A stretch of 64,000 nt of DNA from Candidatus Bathyarchaeia archaeon. Lineage in GTDB: Archaea; Thermoproteota; Bathyarchaeia; Bathyarchaeales; Bathycorpusculaceae. The notes beneath the pieces are model-generated. The model was given only the letters and a program-made list of their open reading frames with translations. It had not been told where the DNA came from and ran no database searches. Position numbers and translations under genes: made by a program. Every line of letters begins with the position of its first letter. The stretch's first letter is position 1. Shown here one piece after another: positions 57,896-64,000 of the stretch. The DNA lies in assembly GCA_050012755.1 (NCBI GenBank), contig JBEKGO010000005.1, positions 12,543 through 76,542 on the forward strand. Direction: 5' to 3'.

Positions 57896-58244
57896 TCTTT
57901 GCCAGCACTTCCATTGAAACCAGTCGGTAATATAAATGAAATATAAATAAAAGATTATGTTATTTACCGATTAAGAATCTGATGTGTGATGATTAATTCT
58001 GCAAGCCGTTAAAAAGTTAAGATATAGATAATTCCTTATCGGTTTAGCAAAAATGCGAATTGGAGATGAATTATTTTTTTCCCCTAAATTCAAGTTTAGT
58101 GTTTTAGATTGGAAGAATACGGACCAAATTGTTATCGACAATTCAATTGCAGGTTAGTTTTGGAAAATCAAATAGTGGTCTTCCTTAGTAGTATTTGATA
58201 AAAATTCTTTAAGCAAGTCTTCGTAAACATAGGTCAGGTATGGT

Positions 58245-59150
58245 ATGGATAAGACGGACGTTATCCTCGTTCAGTTGCTATTGATGAATTCTAGGCTCTC
58301 GTACGCCGAGTTGGCTGAGAAACTAAACTTATCCGTCAACGCTGTCCATAAGCGAATTCAACTTTTGATTGAAGCAGGTGTTATCCGTAGGTTTACTGCT
58401 AAACTTGGGCCAGTTGCGGCCCCTCAAGTCACCGTTTTTATTTCTGGTGTTTCGGAGTTGTCTTCGGTTCAAGATTTGCCTGGCAAGCTGGCAACTCATG
58501 GCTCTATTTACTGGCTGGCAGTTGGAGGTGGCAAAATCCTGTACGTCGGTGCTTATTTGAGAAACATCAATGACTTGGCACCGTTGGTGCAATATGTGAA
58601 AGATGTCCTGGGTATTCCTGAACCTACAATAGGCATTGTGGCGGGTGTTGCACCCGTGAACATCGTGGTAGGCTCTAAGCCGCCTGAGACTTCACTTTGT
58701 GACTTAGACTACAAAATAATCCATTGTTTACAGGATAATTCGCGAAAACCACTCTCCGAGATCGCAGAACAATTGGGCGTGGCAACAAAAACGGTTCGCC
58801 GCAGACTCAACCGCATGATTAAAAACTGGTTAATCGATCTCTCGGTCGAATGGTATCCTGACAAGTCAAACGACATTATTACCCTTATTGAGCTTCACGC
58901 TAAAGCTAACGCTGACCCTAATCTTCTATATGGAATTGTCAAAAAATATTATCCGCATGTACTGTTCTTCTGGTCTTACGCCAACCTATCAAACACCGCA
59001 ACCTTAGCCGTCTGGACCAACACAATGCTGGAACTGCAAAATATCCGAGAAACCCTTGAAAAAGGACCAGGCGTAGCTTCAGTAACTCTGAATACATTGT
59101 ATGTAGGCTATATTTTCAAAACTTGGCGAGACCAAATTCCCGAAAAATAG
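58245..59150 (+). CDS. Double-domain Lrp/AsnC-family regulator
   Basis: Two HTH units: MDKTDVILVQLLLMNSRLSYAELAEKL and LDYKIIHCLQDNSRKPLSEIAEQL. Confidence 0.85.
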   Translation: MDKTDVILVQLLLMNSRLSYAELAEKLNLSVNAVHKRIQLLIEAGVIRRFTAKLGPVAAPQVTVFISGVSELSSVQDLPGKLATHGSIYWLAVGGGKILYVGAYLRNINDLAPLVQYVKDVLGIPEPTIGIVAGVAPVNIVVGSKPPETSLCDLDYKIIHCLQDNSRKPLSEIAEQLGVATKTVRRRLNRMIKNWLIDLSVEWYPDKSNDIITLIELHAKANADPNLLYGIVKKYYPHVLFFWSYANLSNTATLAVWTNTMLELQNIRETLEKGPGVASVTLNTLYVGYIFKTWRDQIPEK

Positions 59151-59296
59151 CCACGGTCTTCTTTTTCAACCTCACGTGTTACAAAAAGGCATTCTGAAGC
59201 TATTTTTTTGTCGTTTTCTCTCACAACAAGCTCACATGAAACTAAATTCTCGCAAACCCACACATCAATCAAGAATCAAAAATAGAAAGTGAAAAC

Positions 59297-60043
59297 ATGA
59301 CTGAAAACGCAATAATAATAGAACATCTTGAGAAGCAATACCAAGATGTCAAAGCCCTTGACGACCTCAGCCTGCAAGTTGGCAAAGGCGAACTTTTCGG
59401 ACTTTTAGGTCCAAACGGCGCAGGCAAAACCACTACCATAAACATACTCTGCGGACTGCTAAAGCCAACACGGGGCGGAGCAACAGTCTGTGGCTACGAT
59501 GTAGAGAAAGAAGCCTCCAAAGTCAAAGACTTAATCGGAGTATGCATCCAAGAAACCGCTATTTACCCATATTTAACAGGCGCAGAGAACGTGGATCTCT
59601 TCGGCAACCTATACACCATGGATAAAGACACACTTAAGACTCGCCAAATAATGCTATTTGATAAGATGGGTTTGACCGAGGATGCTAAACGCAAAGCGAG
59701 TAAATACAGCGGCGGCATGAAACGGCGTTTAAGCTTGATTCTATCCTTAATTCACGACCCACAAGTTGCCTTCTTAGACGAACCCACCGTGGCGATGGAC
59801 CCTCAATCTAGACATGCGGTTTGGGATTTTATAAAAGAACTCAAAACCCAAAACAAAACCGTAATCTTAACAACCCACTACATGGAAGAAGCCGAAGAAC
59901 TCTGCGACCGAGTCGGCATCATAGACCACGGAAAACTCATCGCACTTGGAACACCTGAGGAATTAATTTCCAAAAACCAAGTGAAGAATTTGGAAGAGGT
60001 TTTCATCAAGTTAACTGGGCGAAACATCCGGGAGGAATCTTAG
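59297..60043 (+). CDS. ABC transporter ATP-binding protein (DrrA-like exporter)
   Basis: GPNGAGKTT, YSGGMKRRL, FLDEPT, TTHYMEEA. Confidence 0.95.
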   Translation: MTENAIIIEHLEKQYQDVKALDDLSLQVGKGELFGLLGPNGAGKTTTINILCGLLKPTRGGATVCGYDVEKEASKVKDLIGVCIQETAIYPYLTGAENVDLFGNLYTMDKDTLKTRQIMLFDKMGLTEDAKRKASKYSGGMKRRLSLILSLIHDPQVAFLDEPTVAMDPQSRHAVWDFIKELKTQNKTVILTTHYMEEAEELCDRVGIIDHGKLIALGTPEELISKNQVKNLEEVFIKLTGRNIREES

Positions 60044-61201
60044 ATGAAGCTCCAACGCATTTTATCATTGACAAAGAAAGAAATTAAGAAAACTGTCCGA
60101 GAACCTGCAGTGCTGTTCATGATTTTCCTGTTCCCAATAATCTTCGTGGTTGCTTTCGGTGCATCTTTTGGTGGCGCAGGAAGCGGGCAAACGGTTTACA
60201 ACATCGGCGTAGTAAACACCGATTCAGGGGCCTCCTCGCTTTCTTCGCAGCAGTTTCTGACCGCTTTAACAGATACAAAAATCCTCAACTGCCACATCTA
60301 CACAGACAACCAAACAGCTCAAAATGACCTCTCTCAGGGCAAAATCCAAGCTGCCATGATCATCCCTGTCGATTTCAGCCAAAGCTTAACGTCTTATCAA
60401 GCATCACCAAACAACCCTGACCAATGGACAAACGCAACGATCTCCCTCTACCTAGACAAAGGCTCCCTCATTGCCACTCAAGCTATTCCACCAATAATGC
60501 AGCAGGTGCTATCCACCATGACCAACCAGAACACACAAACAATTCAAAGTCCACTCCATATAGAAACCGCTTCATTGGTAGAAGTGAAAACAACTTCGGC
60601 GTTTGATTTTCTTGCTCCAGGTATGTTTACTTTCGCGTCAATTTTCCTTATAATGATAGTTGGGCAGTCGTTTGCGCAGGATCGAGAGAACGGTATGATG
60701 AAACGCATCCGCATCACTCCTACTACTCCTTCGGAGTTCATGGCTAGCCAAGTCCTATCTTACATGTTAATCGCGCTAATTCAGGCGGCGCTTGTCTTCA
60801 CTATGACTTTTGCCTTAGGCTTCAAACCAAATGTTGGTATCTCAACCTACGCCTTTGCATTCGTGCTTGTGCTGGTCTTCTCAGTGTCGAACGTTGGTTT
60901 CGGTTTAATTACTGCCACTATAGCTAAGTCACCTGGCGCTGCTACAGGCATTGCTTTCCTCTTCGTTATCCCACAGCTGTTCCTTGGAACCTTCGTAGGC
61001 GCATCACTCAGCGCAGGCGCCAAAGTGGCAGGGCAGTTTGTACCCAGCTATTATGTTACTGACGCTTTGACTTCCTTGTTCCTTCGCGGAGCAACATTAA
61101 CCAGCACAACTATCCTCGTTGACTTCGGAATTGTCTCGGTATCATGCGTTGCTATCTTGGCAGTTGGCATAGCCCTGTACGCAAAGTACTACAAAATCTA
61201 A
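60044..61201 (+). CDS. ABC-2 type permease
   Basis: One N-terminal TM, extracellular domain, five C-terminal TM; DRENGMMKRI. Confidence 0.92.
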   Translation: MKLQRILSLTKKEIKKTVREPAVLFMIFLFPIIFVVAFGASFGGAGSGQTVYNIGVVNTDSGASSLSSQQFLTALTDTKILNCHIYTDNQTAQNDLSQGKIQAAMIIPVDFSQSLTSYQASPNNPDQWTNATISLYLDKGSLIATQAIPPIMQQVLSTMTNQNTQTIQSPLHIETASLVEVKTTSAFDFLAPGMFTFASIFLIMIVGQSFAQDRENGMMKRIRITPTTPSEFMASQVLSYMLIALIQAALVFTMTFALGFKPNVGISTYAFAFVLVLVFSVSNVGFGLITATIAKSPGAATGIAFLFVIPQLFLGTFVGASLSAGAKVAGQFVPSYYVTDALTSLFLRGATLTSTTILVDFGIVSVSCVAILAVGIALYAKYYKI

Positions 61202-61217
61202 GCAATGGTGAGTCAAA

Positions 61218-61586
61218 GTGACTAAACGTGAACCAATTGACATCGCGGCGTTGGCCAAGCAGGCACAGGTCTCGGAAGAAAAAGAAGCATACATTCAACT
61301 GGACAAAACCCAAAGCTACCGCATCGGCATGGGCGCCAGAGCAAATCCTCCCGCTATGCCCTCTTTTTTCGTAGAAGTAATCCTCAACCTATCCACAAAA
61401 AATAGGAATGTTGACTTGCAACGGCTGGAAAACATACTGGCATGCCTGAAAACATTGAAAGCCCGAGGTTACACATTAATTTGCGAGGATAGCAATTGCA
61501 TCTCCTGTGAAACCGCATTTGACATACAAAATCCAAACAGAGAATACCAAGCAATCAAAGCCGTGATGCAAACAATCAATCTCTGA
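61218..61586 (+). CDS. Hypothetical protein
   Basis: 122 aa; GTG start with GGTGAG SD. Confidence 0.65.
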   Translation: MTKREPIDIAALAKQAQVSEEKEAYIQLDKTQSYRIGMGARANPPAMPSFFVEVILNLSTKNRNVDLQRLENILACLKTLKARGYTLICEDSNCISCETAFDIQNPNREYQAIKAVMQTINL

Positions 61587-61763
61587 ATAGGCAAAGCTTC
61601 GGCTTAAGTACTCCAATCGTAGCAGTAGCTAAAACAACTGTAGCCCCAACATATACGCTCGCCCGAATACAAAAACCCCTATCAGTTCCACATCAACTGT
61701 TTTAGTTCAGTCAAATTTAGCATCTCCAGCAAACACTTTGAAGACTAAAAAAAGGAACCAGTA

Positions 61764-62750
61764 TCAGAACGTTGATATGGTTTGTTGTGGCGATGGCCAC
61801 CTGTCGGGAATTTTCCTCGCGCTAACTTCAACTTTCGTTATTCCGCTAATTCTGGCAATCTGGTCTTGTATAGCGAATGATTCAGAAGTGTCTCTAATCA
61901 TTGCAGTTCCTTGGATGTCATAATCGCCACTTGTTCTTGTAATAATTATCACGTCTAGTATTTTCGCAAGCGACTCAATAACCGTGTTAGACAAACCGCC
62001 TGGAGCTGCAAAAGCTATGTTGAAATCTAATATCGAGGAGTATCCAATCTTACTCGGGCTTATTTGTATTGACACTTTCATTGAACCCTTTTTCCTAAGG
62101 TTATGGTATCTCTTTATGACGGTTTCAGTAGACACTCCTATTTGTTTGGCAATTTGACTAAACGAGGCGCGCCCATCCAGAGTAAGCTTCGCCATGATTT
62201 GCTTATCCAGTTCATCAATCAGCGTTTCAGCTTCGAGAGCACTAACTGTTTTGTTTAGATCTTGTCGGCCGTCCTTATCGGCTTGTTCCAGAATGCCCGT
62301 GAGGTTCAGGTTTTCAGGAATGTTTCTAACGCCAGTCCAAATATAGGTCTTTAACCCCATCGTCGGTATTTTCTGCTTTATTATCTGCTTTACATGGTCC
62401 AGTTCATTTAGGTCCTTTAAGGATGCATATGCTCTAACATTATAAACACTATTATACTGTCGGAAGGCTTTCACCTCAGTTATTTTTGGTAAAAGCTCCA
62501 TAACCTGTTCCATTTGCTCTGGATTTACGCTTACAAGAAGAGTTGCGATTGCGTCAAACCCAAAATGGCTATAATTAATTTGAACCGTTGCACCTTTAAT
62601 TATGCCTTTTTTTTCCATCGCTCTGCAACGTTTCCAAGCCACGTTTTTTGTAACATTGCATGCTTCTGCCAACTCATCATAACCAGTCCGCCCGTCTTTT
62701 AATAGGATTCTCAGTATTTTAGCGTCAAGGTCATTGAGTTTGGTATTCGT
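61764..62750 (-). CDS. Double-domain Lrp/AsnC-family regulator
   Basis: Two HTH-RAM units. First HTH helix (NDLDAKILRILLKDGR) lies upstream of the track start TTG 62672; frame open to ACG 62750 after AGGAGG. Confidence 0.85.
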   Translation of the reverse strand, partial: TNTKLNDLDAKILRILLKDGRTGYDELAEACNVTKNVAWKRCRAMEKKGIIKGATVQINYSHFGFDAIATLLVSVNPEQMEQVMELLPKITEVKAFRQYNSVYNVRAYASLKDLNELDHVKQIIKQKIPTMGLKTYIWTGVRNIPENLNLTGILEQADKDGRQDLNKTVSALEAETLIDELDKQIMAKLTLDGRASFSQIAKQIGVSTETVIKRYHNLRKKGSMKVSIQISPSKIGYSSILDFNIAFAAPGGLSNTVIESLAKILDVIIITRTSGDYDIQGTAMIRDTSESFAIQDQIARISGITKVEVSARKIPDRWPSPQQTISTF

Positions 62751-62837
62751 TTTCCTCCTTTCTTCCGCATATAGTCCACTGATAAAACTGCCAAATTATT
62801 TTAATTTTTGGCTATTTTGAACAGTTGCCACGCTTTT

Positions 62838-63815
62838 CTAAAAAGTTGAAATGTACTGCCTCGGTGTGGGCCATTTTTTCCACGCTTCGCCAAATCTCAG
62901 TAGGTCGGTGTCTACTTTTGTTATTCCTCGGATTTTTCCAATCTCTTCCTGAATGGAAAGCAACCGATCTAAATCTTGCACCATTGCATATATTTGCAGA
63001 TCGTAGTCTCCCGTTGTTTTCATGATGCTTATAATATCAGGTATCTTGCTGATTTTCTCGACAATCATGTCTGATTTTTCATCAGATGTAACGGTAAAAA
63101 AAACACATAAGGCGCGGTATCCAATTCTATTAGGGTTGACCTGAATTGTGACTTTTAGAACACCATTATTTTTTAATTTTTCATATCTCCTCTTGGCTGC
63201 GTAGGGCGAGAGTCCTATCTTCAAACCAAGTGATTGCATCGACATCCGACCGTTTTCAGCGAGTAAGTCTGCTATTCTCAGGTCAATCTCGTCGATGCGT
63301 ATATTTGGTTCTTCCATAATCTTCATCGTATGACTGATAGGGACCTCATTTTTTTTCCTGTTATTTTCTGTAATTGATAGATTAAAGTTCATTTCCTTTA
63401 CATCGGTCCATATTGCAGTTTTCATTTCCGAGACTGAAAAATTTCTCTTGATGCAATCCTTAACCTCGTTCAATTGTTCAAGCGTATTAAGAATCGTAAT
63501 AACACCTATACTATTTTCGACTCCTCCACTATAGATGGAGTAAACGTTGGGCATCTTTTGCAAGTATTCAATAAGTTGATCTGCTTGGCGGAAGTTTACA
63601 TTAATCAACATGTTGGCAACAGCCTTGTAGCCAAAGAGTTTATAGTTGATGTGTGTTGTTGCGCCTGTGATTATGCCCATTCTTTCCATTTTGCGGTAAT
63701 TCTTCTTGACAGCTTCTTTCGATAGATCTGTAGCTTGCGCAATTTCTTGTTCACTTTTGCGCCCGTCAACTAGTAACTGTTTAAGAATTTTCGCCTGAAC
63801 TTCACTAAATTGCGT
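62838..63815 (-). CDS. Double-domain Lrp/AsnC-family regulator, tandem paralog
   Basis: HTH1 (SEVQAKILKQLLVDGRKSEQEIA) lies upstream of the track start ATG 63689; no in-frame ATG/GTG/TTG upstream; ACG 63815 after GAGGTA. Confidence 0.82.
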   Translation of the reverse strand, partial: TQFSEVQAKILKQLLVDGRKSEQEIAQATDLSKEAVKKNYRKMERMGIITGATTHINYKLFGYKAVANMLINVNFRQADQLIEYLQKMPNVYSIYSGGVENSIGVITILNTLEQLNEVKDCIKRNFSVSEMKTAIWTDVKEMNFNLSITENNRKKNEVPISHTMKIMEEPNIRIDEIDLRIADLLAENGRMSMQSLGLKIGLSPYAAKRRYEKLKNNGVLKVTIQVNPNRIGYRALCVFFTVTSDEKSDMIVEKISKIPDIISIMKTTGDYDLQIYAMVQDLDRLLSIQEEIGKIRGITKVDTDLLRFGEAWKKWPTPRQYISTF

Positions 63816-64000
63816 GATCCATACCTCTATTCCTTTTTAGGGTCATGAGGTTTCCATCAATTTAAATTCATCGATGAAAACGCTTGGTGTTTTTCTCAAT
63901 CACCAATTCTGTTTTTCGTGCTGTTATTATCTTCTTACATTAACGCCATATTTATCGCTAAACTGGCTATTTCATTCAGTATTTTCTGAAGTATTACAAA

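Larger units (their letters stand above)
51316..57960. mobile_element. Accessory patch: RHH, terminase pair, HTH pseudogene, type IIG RM
   Basis: Only mobile/defence-type genes between core genes; no att site or integrase found, so boundaries are approximate. Confidence 0.45.

Noticed and set aside
51316-57960. Complete provirus
   Set aside because: No capsid, portal, tail, integrase or att repeats detected.
12767-62702. Numerous short antisense or alternate-frame ORFs inside long genes
   Set aside because: Fully overlapped by well-supported genes and lack motifs; shadow ORFs.

Overview
Archaeal chromosomal window, most consistent with Bathyarchaeia (PolD DP1/DP2, Elf1, Orc1/Cdc6, GGGP synthase, Nob1, Sec61beta). 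The taxon is my inference from gene content. Layout: (1) 1-10623 is the right part of an AT-rich integrated element. It ends at a displaced tRNA 3' end and carries defence/TA cargo (HEPN protein, Mrr-like nuclease, HD dNTPase + YwgA-like, AbrB/PIN), a small RHH/AbrB operon and a 1.4 kb region of 11-bp-phased TTGGWCCAA palindromes. (2) 11-12 kb holds an Orc1/Cdc6 paralog lacking the winged helix. (3) 12.3-51.3 kb is core genome: an aconitase-IDH-ATP citrate lyase operon, PhoU, PyrE, kinases, AhcY, transporters, a radical SAM fusion, DP1, cdc6 with an ORB-bearing oriC and three linked HTH genes, NadE, Elf1, GGGPS, DP2, Sec61beta, Nob1 and NAD kinase. (4) 51.3-58 kb is a second accessory patch with an orphan terminase pair and a type IIG RM enzyme. 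(5) 58-64 kb holds duplicated Lrp/AsnC regulators and an ABC exporter. The most striking unexplained signal is a non-coding module found four times (twice at about 19 kb, twice at about 31.5 kb). It is a conserved anchor, CAACCTGCAAA-N5-CAAACCCTAAACC-AAAAA, abutting 7-8 tetramer cores at exact 10-bp spacing, and the core differs between copies (GTAC, ACAC, GACT, AGTC). All counts and coordinates were read by hand; no database searches were run.
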